Of a stretch of 48,486 nt of DNA, positions 13,561 through 25,075 are shown piece after piece (position 1 is the first letter of the stretch; each line of letters starts with the position of its first letter). Made by a program: the position numbers and the translations under genes. The notes under the pieces were generated by a model. That model saw only the letters and a program-made list of their open reading frames with translations. It was not told the origin of the DNA and made no database searches. Source of the stretch: Octopus bimaculoides (taxonomy: Eukaryota). The stretch is taken from assembly GCF_001194135.2 (NCBI RefSeq), contig NC_068992.1, positions 21,058,729 to 21,107,214 of the forward strand, read 5' to 3'.

Positions 13561-13766
13561 AAAGCGGTGAGTTGGCAGAATCGTTAGCACCCAGGGTGAA
13601 ATGTTTAGCGGTATTTCGTCTGCCTTTACGTTCTGAGTTCAAATTCCGCCGAGATCGACTTTGCCTTTTATCCTTTCGGGGTCGATAAATTAAGTACCAC
13701 TGGGGTCGAGGTAATCGACTTCCCCCTCTACTCAAATTTCAAGCCTTGTGCCTATAGTAGAAAGGA
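13561..13766 (+). mobile_element. SINE family C (C1 tail)
   Basis: gcggtgagttggcagaatcgttagcac...gagttcaaattccgccgag...ggggtcgataaattaagtacc...ccttgtgcctatagtagaaagg. Confidence 0.9.
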
Positions 13767-14269
13767 ATATTTGCAATAGTATTATCATTTACTGAGTAAC
13801 TAAATTCTGTTACTTACTAAGTCAGTTACAGCACTGTGGTTAACCTAAATTTTCAATTTCAGTGGCCATGAAACACGTTTAATACAACCACTGTTAACTC
13901 ATATATATTCCTTGAATGATCTCTGTCTAATTCTTTGTTTCTTCGTCTGTTCTAAATTCCTTTCTAACCCATAATTTATCCATAAATTTATAACTGAAGA
14001 TGATTTGTGTTCGGAAGAGAAAAAAGTATACATCCATAAAATATGGTATAGTAGCATGGTGACAGGAACGAGAAAACTGAATATTATTGCATGATAGGAA
14101 CATATTCATAACTAAAACAATATCATAAACCATTATTAAAAAAGATTGAAGAATGGCACGCCGCATAACAATGTTCGGAATTTTTCAAGTAGACGTAATG
14201 TATAAATATGAAATATAGATTTTTGTTGTGTAGAAATTTGTTTAAGAAAAAAATCTCTTCTTTTTTATT

Positions 14270-14392
14270 ACGTTTATTTGTTTCAGTCATTTGACTGAGG
14301 CCATGCTGGAGCACCGCCTTCAGTCGAGCAAATCGACCCCAGGACTTATTCTTTGTAAGCCTAGGCTTACAAAGAATAAGTCCTGGGCTCGA
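14270..14392 (-). mobile_element. SINE family A 3' fragment ending in a fold-back palindrome
   Basis: Reverse complement of the A tail (tttcagtcatttgactgaggccatgctggagcaccgcc), followed by a perfect 50-bp palindrome at 14338-14387. Confidence 0.85.
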
Positions 14393-15388
14393 ACAAAAAA
14401 AAATCCACTTCGTAACTGTATCATTTTCAACATACATTAATTTATAGTGTTCTAGTGAATTGAACCAGAGCAAAAGTTACCGTTCGGTAGTCAAAGACAA
14501 AAACGGGACCAGCGTTGTGTATGGGTGGGAATACGATGGTAATAGAGAAAACATGTTATGAGTATATGAAAAGAAAGTTTATATATAGAACATTTAATTG
14601 ATATATAAATTCCAAGGAAAAAATGTATTTTGACGTGTAAATGTTTAACTAAATTGGGGTTTTGCGTGGTCAAAATGTGCTTGTCTCCTTTCTACAGAAC
14701 TTAACAGGAATTCTCATATGTTGGGTGGATTTGGCAAATGAAGAATCTAGAGATATCTGACGAATTCTCCCGCAACGTCACTTTTCACACACCATGTAAA
14801 TTTCAAAAAATGTATTCTGCATGCGTTCAGTTTATTTATCTTCGCTGTACTTCCGAACTTAATTCGATCAGAAAGACGTTAAAAACATATTTAGATATTT
14901 CTGACAATTTCCTGAATTTAAAAAAAAATATATTTAAACGTGGATTTTTATACACAACATATTTTTAGAGGAAGACAAGAAAGAAAAAAAAAACATTAAA
15001 AGTATAAAAAATTGAATTATCGAGAAAAAAGAACTATAACTACCTCACGAAGAAAACAAAACAAAAACAAAAAAGAAAAACGAAAAACTATGAAATAAAG
15101 GTCTTTTTTTTTCAGCATCAGACATACATACATTTACATTTGGCCATTTGTGTATGAGATTATTCCTCAGTTTATTACGTCTAGTTATTTTGTTGTGAAC
15201 GTTACAACTTGCTACAGCATGTGCTCGATTGCATGGAAACTAATGTGGTAGTTTAGCAAGAATTACTTAAATTGTAACTGGCGAAATCACAACTGTATAA
15301 TTCTAAGATTATCTATTTAGTGAAATATAAATTATTCTAAGAATAAAATCTTTATACATAATATCGTTTTTTTTATTTTTCAACATAG

Positions 15389-15544
15389 GCACAGGAGTGG
15401 CTGTATGGTAAGTAGCTTGCTTGCCAACCACATGGTTGTGGGTTCAGTCCCACTGCGTGGCAGCTTAGTCTTCTACTATAGCCTCGGGCGACCAAAGCCT
15501 TGTGCGTGGATTTGGTAGACGGAAACTGAAAGAAGCCCATCGTA

Positions 15545-15607
<63 letters not shown>

Positions 15608-15847
15608 GTATGTGTGTTTGTGTGTCTCTGTGTTTGTGTGTCTGTGCTTGTCCCCCCACCATCACGTGACAACAGATGCTGGTCTGTTTACGTCCCCGTA
15701 ACCTAGCGTTTCGGCAAAAGAGACCGATAGAATAAGTACTAGGCTTACAAAGAGTAAGCCCTTGGGTCTATTTGTTCGACTAAAGGAGGTGCTCCAGTAT
15801 GGCCGCAGTCAAATGACTGAAACAAATAAAAGAGTAAAAGAGTAAAG
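15389..15847 (+). mobile_element. SINE family A, full length, internal (TA)n
   Basis: gcacaggagtggctgtatggtaag...gggttcagtcccactgcgtggc...(TA)n...aaagagtaaaagagtaaag. Confidence 0.92.
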
Positions 15848-16039
15848 AATTAATTCACGTATACTTGCTTAACGCTGGGATTTCGTATATATTTGATCCT
15901 TTTAAACGCAACCCAGCAGAAAGACGCTAAAAACACTATATAGTGACTAGTGAGTTACATTTAAATCTATGTATGAGATGTTGGTTCATCTTTACAAGTA
16001 CACAGGTATATCCTAAGTCACTTAGACACATATATATTT

Positions 16040-16312
16040 TCTTTTATTTTTAATACTTGCTTCAGTCATTGGACGACAGCCATGTTGGGGTACCACTTAA
16101 AGGGTTTTAGCTGAACAAATCGACCCAAGCTCTTATTTATAAAACCGATATATATTCAATCGCTTTCATTTTACCAAGTACTATTTTACAAGGTCGTAAA
16201 CAAACCGAAATAGATTGCCAAGCTGTGGGGCGAACATACAGAAATCCAAGATATACACAGGCATGCATACACACACTGGCACTCACACACATACATACAC
16301 ATGCATGCATAA

Positions 16313-16330
<18 letters not shown>
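16040..16330 (-). mobile_element. Old SINE family A 3' fragment
   Basis: tacttgcttcagtcattgg...tttagctgaacaaatcgaccc is a diverged reverse complement of the A tail and runs into (TG)n. Confidence 0.6.
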
Positions 16331-16351
<21 letters not shown>

Positions 16352-16443
16352 GTAAAGCCGTTTAATAGTTTCATACAAAGATATTTGTCTTCACGGAGCC
16401 ATAGTAGAAGATACTTTCTCCATGTGCCGCGCAGTACGTCCAT

Positions 16444-16789
16444 AGTCATTTGAGTTCGCTCATGCTGGAGCACTACATTTAGTCGAAGAAATCAACCCCA
16501 GGACCTGCTCTTCGTAAGCCTAGTACATATTTTATTGGTCTCGTTTGCGGAACCGCTAAGTTACGGGGAAGTAAGTACACCAACATGGTGGCAGTGACAA
16601 ACACAGGCACATAAATACTCACAGATACATATGACGGGCGCCTTTCAGTTTCTGTCCAAATCCACTCACAAGGCTTTGGTCAAGATGAGGCTATAGTAGA
16701 AGAGAGTTTGAAAGTTGCCACGCAGTGGGACTGAACCGGGAACCATGTAGCTTGGAAGCAAGCTTTCTAACACACAGCCACTCCTGCGC
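16444..16789 (-). mobile_element. SINE family A, near full length
   Basis: Ends acacacagccactcctgcgc (reverse complement of the head). Contains gcagtgggactgaacc and aaatccactcacaaggctttgg. Confidence 0.9.
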
Positions 16790-17401
16790 TTATAAGTGCA
16801 AATGCAAATGAAATGCAAAGGAACTCTGCAATGTACAAGTCGTAGAGATATGATTCAAGTAGAATCATAAGAATCTACAGTAAATTTGCAACTTAGTTCC
16901 TTTTGCTGTTACGCTTCACCATAGATATCTAACGCTACACTGCAGTTATATTTAAACCGTAGCTAAGAAACTATACTTGATTTCCCGGCATATATCGAGG
17001 ATTTAGGAATTATACATCCTGTCGTGATAAAAATATTACTAACCAAATTAAGGAATTCGTGTGTAGCATAATACTTCGAGCTTATATATATTTTCTATGT
17101 ACACAGCATTGGTTTGAAATTGATTATTCTACTTCTTTTGAATATTTCTGTAACGTTGTTAGTGGCCAACATGTGAATCACGTCAAGGATTTTGATGAAC
17201 GTGAGATTGTTCATATGGATAAGCCAATGGGAACAGAACTGTTACAAATTTGAAGCAGTACACTGTGTATTTGAAGCATAAAAATATGGAATATCATATT
17301 GAAAAAATATCAGTTCTGCTTAAACAAGAAATATGCATTCAATCTGGAAACCTACTTCGAGAGTATGATCATAAATTCAGATGTGAGGGTTGATCTTATT
17401 T

Positions 17402-17404
<3 letters not shown>

Positions 17405-17451
<47 letters not shown>

Positions 17452-17530
17452 GCGTACACATACTTCCATACATATATACATACATATATACATACATATA
17501 TACATATCTACATATATATATGCACACACA
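17405..17530. repeat. (CA)n-(CG)9-(TA/CA)n alternating purine-pyrimidine tract
   Basis: (CA)n at 17405-17436, then (CG)9 at 17437-17454. Confidence 0.95.
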
Positions 17531-20500
17531 CTCAATACATACATTCATGCATTTCAACATGTAACCACATGTGAATTGCTGGCGATTTTTTTCTTCCGTC
17601 TTCCTTTTCTCTTGAACTTTCCTCTATCTTCTGTTTCTGTAGACGAGCTTTGCACGAAACGATGAACCACCTTTCTTTCCTTCCCGGAGCGTCTGATAAT
17701 ATTTTGCATGTAGCACGTCCCCACGTTGTTGTTTTTGTTTATATATATATATATATAGGAATTAAAATACACACAGTTTACATAGTTTTAATATATTTTA
17801 TAAGTGAAAGAGTATTGCGTTTCTCGACCGGTTTCGGTTTCGCTAATTACGACATTGAAATTATTGATGCAGTCGTTAGTGATAATTCCAAACCAAAATT
17901 GAATTATCCGGAAACCAAGTGGAAGATGTCATCCGGTATTATATGTAATCGAAATATACTGATTATAAATTCAACAATTAGATAATCAGGCTCTCCTCAG
18001 CCCATACACAAGTCGGCTAGAAAAGTTAGTATTTTCAGAGAACAAAAAGATCTCAGATTATTAATCATGAAACTATCGTCAGAAGTAAAAAAAAAACATA
18101 GTTTAACAACGCTTGGGCTACAATGGAAAACCAGAAATTATTAGCATGGTTAATATTATACTAATCATTCGGCAAATACTGATGATAAGTTTGTATCTGA
18201 CCAATCACTTAAACCGGAGCATAACTTATATTGAGCTTGCGAAAGGTGTCATAGAAGAGAATTAGGTGCTATTGGTATCCCAACAACTCAACTGTGAATT
18301 ATTTGCCTTTCAATTACTGAACTGTCAAATAATGGTAGAATAACTGACGGCTCAAGCAACGACTACCTCCAAAGTGTTAGACGGAGAATTTGTTCATGAT
18401 TATAAATGTTGATATCATTTCCTGCCTTGTTTATGGCTCTACTAGAGTTTATTCAGAATTCACCTCATATTGCTCAAAATTATCAGGCTCAAAATTATTG
18501 TTTTTTCAATCGAGACCTGTTCATCTTAGGCATTTATTTTCCTCATTCTGCTTAAATTATGCGATTGTATTATGTTCCGTTCATAGCAAATTTCGGTCAC
18601 ATAGTGGCTTAAAAATATAAAGGATATGATGTGACTGATGTTATCAATTATGTCTTTAAAGGCTTATCCCAGGTTGATCACATTCCAATAAGCAAGACAA
18701 GTAAAATTCATTTGGCTATTGATATTATCTTTGGATTTCATTTCCAAACGGGATATAATGCTATTGATATTCTTAAAACCATATTTCTACACGGCATATA
18801 TACACAACTAACTACTGGTATCGAACGCATAAAATTTCTCTTCCAATATTATTTGAGTGAAGCTATTCACAGCAGTTTGTAAATGTATATTACAGCTTCA
18901 GTCCGACCATTTATATAGCTATAATTTTATTCAAGTAAATCCGAGATGCGTTAAAGGATTATTTAAGCATTAATGTGTCAGTTTTCAAAGACCCCAGTGA
19001 AATTGAAACATTTGAATAAGAAAAGCTGATCCCGTTTTAAATGGATTTCTTTTGCCTTGATATTTTAATGAAATCTCATTTACATAAACTGCCATTGGTA
19101 TCTAAATAGCCGCTTTGATAAACATCAAATTATATTTAAATTGATTGTGAATGTGTTATTTTTTTGTTGTTTTTTTTTTTATTTTCTTGTCGTTTTCAAT
19201 TGGTGAAAAAGCATAAAGTTTGCAATTAAACTTAATCGTCGTATTCCTTTCATCCCTAGTCTTCATACTTTATTTACAATGTCTTCACACGTGGGAGTAT
19301 TAAAGAATGATTGTTTAGATGCGTTGAAACTGGTGATTTCCAGTGAGTAATACGCAGTGAAAATTATGCAAATTCCGAAGAAATATATTCTTGTTTCTTA
19401 CTTAAAATGGCGTTCACCATCTTTCATGTAATTTCAAACACAATTTGTAAAATCTTCCTCACTTTTGCTCTATAAGTATATTTAATGAGAATTATTAATT
19501 TCTAGTAGGAATACCATTCAAACTTATTGTTTCTCCTTTAGGTTTCGTTCGGAGAAATAGTTTCCTTTAGAGACTTCTATCTCTCAACAAATGTGATATG
19601 TTGATTAAAATTCGTTATTTCAGTTTTCCTGACTAATGCAGGTATTTTCAGATTCTCAATGTGGGTTTGTAACGCATCTGGATTTAATTAAACTTTGATC
19701 TATTATCTAACGCATTTATTCGTAAATATTGATGTCTCAAATCACAATCCTTTGAGAGCAACTCGTTTAGTATATACGATTGATACCACTGGTGTATCGA
19801 CGCTTATTCTCCCAATCATTATTCGACAAGTAGTAAAGGTACAGAACTAACAGATTTCATACTGCTTATTTCATGTAACAAGAACAACAGCCTAATTTCA
19901 CTGAAAGTTTCTTTTGTGGATCCAATGTGGTGCTGATACCGCTATAAAATGGATCATCTACCGAATATAAACAATGTTGCCACTAAATACTTAATTGCGC
20001 GTACATTATTCATATGTTGGTTAAGAAACAATGTTTTAAGAGGTGAAAACAAGCTTAACTTTTTGAAATGGCCTATGTTAGTTCGCTCGTTACGAATTTA
20101 TGTTTACCCTCAAAAACACAAATCCTCTTTTTAAAACATGGGTATTTCATTGGATTTCATTGCCAGATGAATGTAATTATATATTTTCTGACTGATAAAA
20201 AGAAATACAAAGAGGATGACAATGGATAAAACTCCTTTTATTATATGACTGCGTGATTAGGCCAAACCAAGTGATAAACAACAGAAACAATAAAGAAGAC
20301 GAATCTCTTTCTTGTAAACGTCAGGATTTAATGAAAGAATTGAGCAACTAACAATTAACGGCCACCCATTGTTTTAGGCTCTCTTCTAAGCTATTTTATT
20401 TTCGTATGGCAGCATAAAAGTGTTGGCGTCGTCTCTTGTATCTGAGCATCCAGTTATCTTTGTATGCATGCATATTGTCTCTCCCTTTCCCTCCTTCTTA

Positions 20501-20660
20501 CACTATCTGTGTACCTAACTAAATTTATATTTATACATAACATCTCTACTCACGTGTTGTGGGTGGGGCGTGGTTCTCTCGTTAAAGATATATTGTCCCT
20601 AAAACAAAGTGAATACCCAGTTGAATCTCATTCCTACATATTAGTACCTTCGAATAAATA

Positions 20661-20920
20661 CAGTTCTATATTTAAGAGTTGATGAATTATTTACATTATT
20701 TACATTTGATGGATATTTGTCCTCATCTTGCTTTCTGTTAACACAATGTTTCGGCTGATATTCCCTCCAGCCTTCTTCAGGGGTTCTCATTCCTAAGGTA
20801 TTTTTCAATGTTATTATTATTACTATTATTATTTTTCAGGTCACTGCCTGGAATCGAACTCGGAATCTTGGAGTTAGTAGCCCACGCTCTTAACTACTAC
20901 TACTCTTAACTACTATGCAT
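20661..20920 (-). mobile_element. Family E element: tRNA-like head + (TAA)n + hammerhead-bearing tail, internally deleted
   Basis: Minus strand reads tagttaagagcgtgggctactaactccaagattccgagttcgattccaggcagtgacctg-(taa)n-ttaggaatgagaaccc-ctgaagaaggctggagggaatatcagccgaaacattgtgtt...aaatgtaaataatgtaaataat...aatatagaactg. Homologous to 40937-41207. Confidence 0.85.
20740..20785 (-). ncRNA. Minimal type-I hammerhead ribozyme motif (family E), degenerate
   Basis: AACCC-CUGAAGA-A-GGCUGG[AGGGAAUA]UCAGCC-GAAA-C-AUU-GUGUU. Core and helix II are intact and helix I pairs at 4 of 5 positions, but G16.2 is changed to A. Confidence 0.6.
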
Positions 20921-20934
20921 CTGCACTCGGTCTG

Positions 20935-21030
20935 CTTATGAAGGCTGGAGGGTATATTAGCCGAAACGTTGTGTTAGCAACAAACAAGATGGGGACAAAT
21001 ATCCGTCAAATGTAAATAATGTAAATAATC
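20935..21030 (+). mobile_element. Family E 3' fragment, inverted relative to 20661-20920, with a mutated hammerhead
   Basis: CUUAUGA-A-GGCUGG[AGGGUAUA]UUAGCC-GAAA-C-GUU-GUGUU at 20935-20975, then caaacaagatggggacaaatatccgtcaaatgtaaataatgtaaataat. G5 is changed to U and the 5' strand of helix I is lost. Confidence 0.8.
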
Positions 21031-21179
21031 TACAAATAAATGTCCTCCTTTCCTTTTCCTGCTGGAAGCAGGTTTTTAATGCAGATTAGATTACTTTCTA
21101 AATCCTCCCTTCTTCGTAGCTCTCCTGTGTGACCCCTCTGTCCGGCATTCGCCATGACAGACCGCTAGCCACTACATAT

Positions 21180-21340
21180 TCTTTATTTTCTCTCCCTGTT
21201 TCTTTCTGTGTTCGTTTCTGTGGAAGAGCGTAGGTTCGAAACGTTAAAGACTTTTTCACTTCCCGAACGTTAAACGAATACATCTGTTTGTTGTCTACTC
21301 CACCTGTCTTCGACTTCTGTTTTTTTGTGAATTCTCCCCC
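21180..21340 (+). mobile_element. Penelope-type terminal repeat (second hammerhead family), solo copy
   Basis: Homologous over about 150 bp to the reverse complement of 36583-36736. Contains ttt-CUGUGGA-A-GAGC[GUAG]GUUC-GAAA-C-GUU-aaaga at 21213-21250. Confidence 0.7.
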
Positions 21341-21999
21341 AACAAATCTATACTATGATCATATTTTACAATTATTCTTGTGTTTATTAATTGGCCTAAC
21401 AACATTTTCACGTAGATTTGTTGCCCCTAGAGAATTTCATTTTGTAGATATGATTGTGTTTCAGTCCATTCTACCAGCATTGTTTTTGCAATTATTATCT
21501 TGCAGGCAACTTAGAGCTAATCTAAGGAAACGCTATCTGATTGATCGACATAAAATTTCTCATCAACGCTGAATACTACAAAAGTGACTGGGATGACATT
21601 TGCTGTTCAGAGCTGACAAGGTCACGTGTGACTTCAAAGTAGATATACATCTGTTACTCAATTCCTCCTCATTCTGTTATCCTTATTTTGTATACAGCCT
21701 AAACCAGCACTAAGCACAGCAATGAGTCTTCACCCCTCTGATTTTCATTATCTGAACCTGTTTATTTTTTGGGGGTGGTGGATATTTCATAGGCCTGATC
21801 AATATTGCAGTATGATACCTTGTGTAACTCAATCGGTCTGAGGAGTATGGTTTCAGATGGCAAACGACTGGTCGAGCTTCCTATCGCGGACTGGTCACGG
21901 ATAGAGTCCAGACTAATATGAATCACCTCTTCACTGAGATAAAAATCTTGTTTGCCTCTGGCTAACACCGAAGCATCGATGACAATAGCAAATCAAGAC

Positions 22000-22330
22000 C
22001 TGTGACATAAATAACAGCCAAGAGCGAAGTACAGTAGAGAATTGTTATGGTTAGCCTATGATCCATAGGGATCAAAAGTTTTAACAGGAACAGCACTGGA
22101 TTTTTCCCCTACAGCACTCCATTTTCAGTCGCTCAAGAGAAATTTTACAAGTATCGATCTCAGAGCTCTTGTATAGGGTGGACAAAACCATAGATATGTT
22201 CTCTTCTTTGTGGCCAACATGACAGAACAAGTTTAGTCAGCCTCACAAATATCATTAAAATGGTAGGGTTCTGAAGTGTTTCCGTTGAACGACCTCTCTT
22301 AGGCGTGGCTAATCAACTAAAGATACTGAA
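22000..22330 (-). pseudogene. Possible ancient RTE/BovB-like LINE fragment
   Basis: Minus-strand fragments TKKRTYL, MVLSTLYKSSE and DHRLTITILY echo VVLSTLLYGCETW and DHRLPKQILY. Weak match. Confidence 0.25.
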
Positions 22331-22959
22331 ATATAAAAGAAATTGTCTAAGGAACGGTGTTTCGAGTATATACATATCTACAGTTTATTCACGCAAAGCA
22401 ATAGACGTCTAATTGTTGATATTGTCATATCTACTTGCAAAAGATTAGATGCTCTTGTGTTTTACCCAACAAGTGCAATGGCATAACGCCATAAACGCTA
22501 GAATCATCTTAAAATTGTCCTCATGTTTAATATTAGAGAATATAAAAACAAAGCAATATTATCTAAATACGAATTAAGGATCTCAAACAATTTAAAGGTA
22601 GTTTCCCTATAAGTATGGCAAACACGGTGTAACCAGCATTCCAGACTTCATAATCTATGAAAGAAGCAAAATAGTAAATTCAAAATTTGTCTTTTATCAT
22701 ATTGATTCCGGTAACAAGGTTACAGTTCGTTGCACAGGAGTCTTAAATGAGGAAAAATTAAACATACCTCACAATGTGTGAGATACAATACCGTCGAATT
22801 GGTTTTCATGCAAGACAGGGTTGCGGGACATTCACATATTATCTCTTTACGCTTCGAATGAGAAGCAATTTGTTGGACGTTGCTTATGTCGACAAAGGGC
22901 AACTCAAGTAGCAACACGAGGAAGGATTTCTCTCTCACGCACATTCGTCTCTTCTCTCT

Positions 22960-22976
22960 TTCTCTCTATCTTTCTC

Positions 22977-23031
<55 letters not shown>
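22960..23031. repeat. (CT)n microsatellite beside an N gap
   Basis: Directly visible tandem repeat. Confidence 0.95.
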
Positions 23032-24325
23032 NNNNNNNNNNNNNNNNNNNNNNNNNNNNNNNNNNNNNNNNNNNNNNNNNNNNNNNNNNNNNNNNNNNNN
23101 NNNNNNNNNNNNNNNNNNNNNNNNNNNNNNNNNNNNNNNNNNNNNNNNNNNNNNNNNNNNNNNNNNNNNNNNNNNNNNNNNNNNNNNNNNNNNNNNNNNN
23201 NNNNNNNNNNNNNNNNNNNNNNNNNNNNNNNNNNNNNNNNNNNNNNNNNNNNNNNNNNNNNNNNNNNNNNNNNNNNNNNNNNNNNNNNNNNNNNNNNNNN
23301 NNNNNNNNNNNNNNNNNNNATATATATATGCAATATTATATGCATATATATGCACACATATATACATATATGTGTCAGTTTGTGTGGTGTATGTATGTAT
23401 GTATGTGTGTATATATGTATATGTATGCATACGCACTTAGAACGTGAATTAGAATATGTATACGCATTCTACACTTCGGTTTAGCGCAAGGGAAACTTAT
23501 TAAAATTTCCATTTCAAGTTAATTGTGATAACCAGACAAGCATGAGAAGTTGGTAATGTATATACCGTGCATAAATCCGTAAACGCTTCTCTCAAATTTC
23601 CGGATTTTATATTCTCGTAGACTCTTATTATCTCGTAGACTTTTCAATGAATAGAAAAATATATTTTGTGTATGCTACAACAAGCATAATGGTCTATTGA
23701 CGGCCCATGTTCTTATAAAACTATGCATGTTGTTTTTATGGCTGTGAACTTATTTCTGAAAGAATCTACGAAAATAATTTGTTTGGATCATCATGATTTC
23801 AATATAGATTTTTTTTCATACCCTTCACACTCATATTCTTTAGAGTCTTTATCCCGATCAAAGTCTGGGGTAAAAGTAGGGCAAGGTATTACAAATAAGG
23901 AAAATAAGGGGTCTAAAAATGTTCAAGTTGTTATTTGAAAGAAAGCTTCAAACACTGATTATCAGAGACAAGGATGAAATAAGCCGACTTTCTCAGAAAC
24001 TGTTGTTCCAGAGAACAGCAGTTCGACGGAAGGAACTATCTCAAAAAAAAGGACTTATAAATAACAGTAAACTAAACAAAGAACGGATGCGCTTGAAAAC
24101 AGAAGTGAGCGAGACGTGTAAACGTCTTCGCAGATTTTACTAGACCAGAACGTTCATCATAGGAAGGCGTATAGGAGTAACTCAACGAAGATATATTTCG
24201 AAGGTGGGGCAAAGGTTCTAACTCAACGGAAACAAGAAAACCAACCACGATAATAACTCGGTTCTCGATAAAATTATTTAAGATATACAGTGGACGCACT
24301 GCCCAAAACGGTGACAGAAATATTC

Positions 24326-24378
24326 AGATATATCTATAATATTGAGATATATCTATAATATTGAGCTATATCTATAAT
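24326..24378. repeat. 19-bp tandem repeat, about 2.8 copies
   Basis: Unit agatatatctataatattg starts at 24326, 24345 and 24364. Confidence 0.85.
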
Positions 24379-24844
24379 GTATAATTCTATAATGCCAAAT
24401 ACTACCAAACATCACAACAAACATACTATACTCGATGGGCAGGAGTTATGATGTAAAGTAGAAATTAAGTAATATGTCATTCAGATTATATTTACATATA
24501 AGGTGCATAATCCAGTTTAATTCTTCAGGATGAATTAGTTTGAGCCTGTAACATTCCTAGAGTGTCAGGGAATTTCTTGCAACATTCCTTCATTGCACTT
24601 CGTGATCTCCAAGTCGTCATCTGCTGCGAATATATTGGAGAGGCGAAAAATCAAGAGAGTTGAAAAATCACGAGGCTACTAAAGGACTGGCCGCGTGGAA
24701 CTTGATGAGTGAGATAATAAATAACTATTGGTCGGTCTGAGGTTAAACGAAAAATACAGTAGCCCAACGCGCTGCGCAATGGCACTAAACCGAATTCACG
24801 TGGTTCCAAAACGAGGTTTATGTCCACTGAACCAAGAACAAATA

Positions 24845-25075
24845 ATTTCCTTCCTGGCGTATGCAACACACTGCCTAAATACCAATCTTGAGAAATTAGG
24901 CTTCTCAAAACCAGAAAGGAGAAGGCTAATTCGAAGTTTACAGATCTAATCAACCACTGGAACTGTAAAAAATTGTAAAACTTCCTAGGAGTTTATCATT
25001 TAAATATATATGAGCATTTCTACATATGCAACTATATGCATGAGAATGCGTACATAAAACATACAAATCTGCACA
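24845..25075 (+). mobile_element. 3' end of an RLE-type (R4/Dong-like) non-LTR retrotransposon abutting (TACA)n
   Basis: LAYATHCLNTNLEKLGFSKPERRRLIRSLQI*STTGTVKNCKT resembles the C-terminus of R4-clade ORFs (compare LQKIALLGTAHILRK). A short 3' UTR is followed by (TACA)n. Confidence 0.55.

Noticed and set aside
14680-14800. Strong splice-acceptor-like site (tgtctcctttctacag) with a downstream GT
   Set aside because: All frames are closed by stops and there is no recognisable protein. A non-coding exon cannot be excluded without RNA-seq.
21762-22010. AIVIDASVLA motif (PIN or RNase H-like) and exon-like AG/GT boundaries on the minus strand
   Set aside because: All three frames from the best acceptor contain stops, and no further family motifs are present.
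23919-24299. Short ORFs on both strands in non-repetitive-looking sequence
   Set aside because: No recognisable domain; lengths of about 75 aa are expected by chance.
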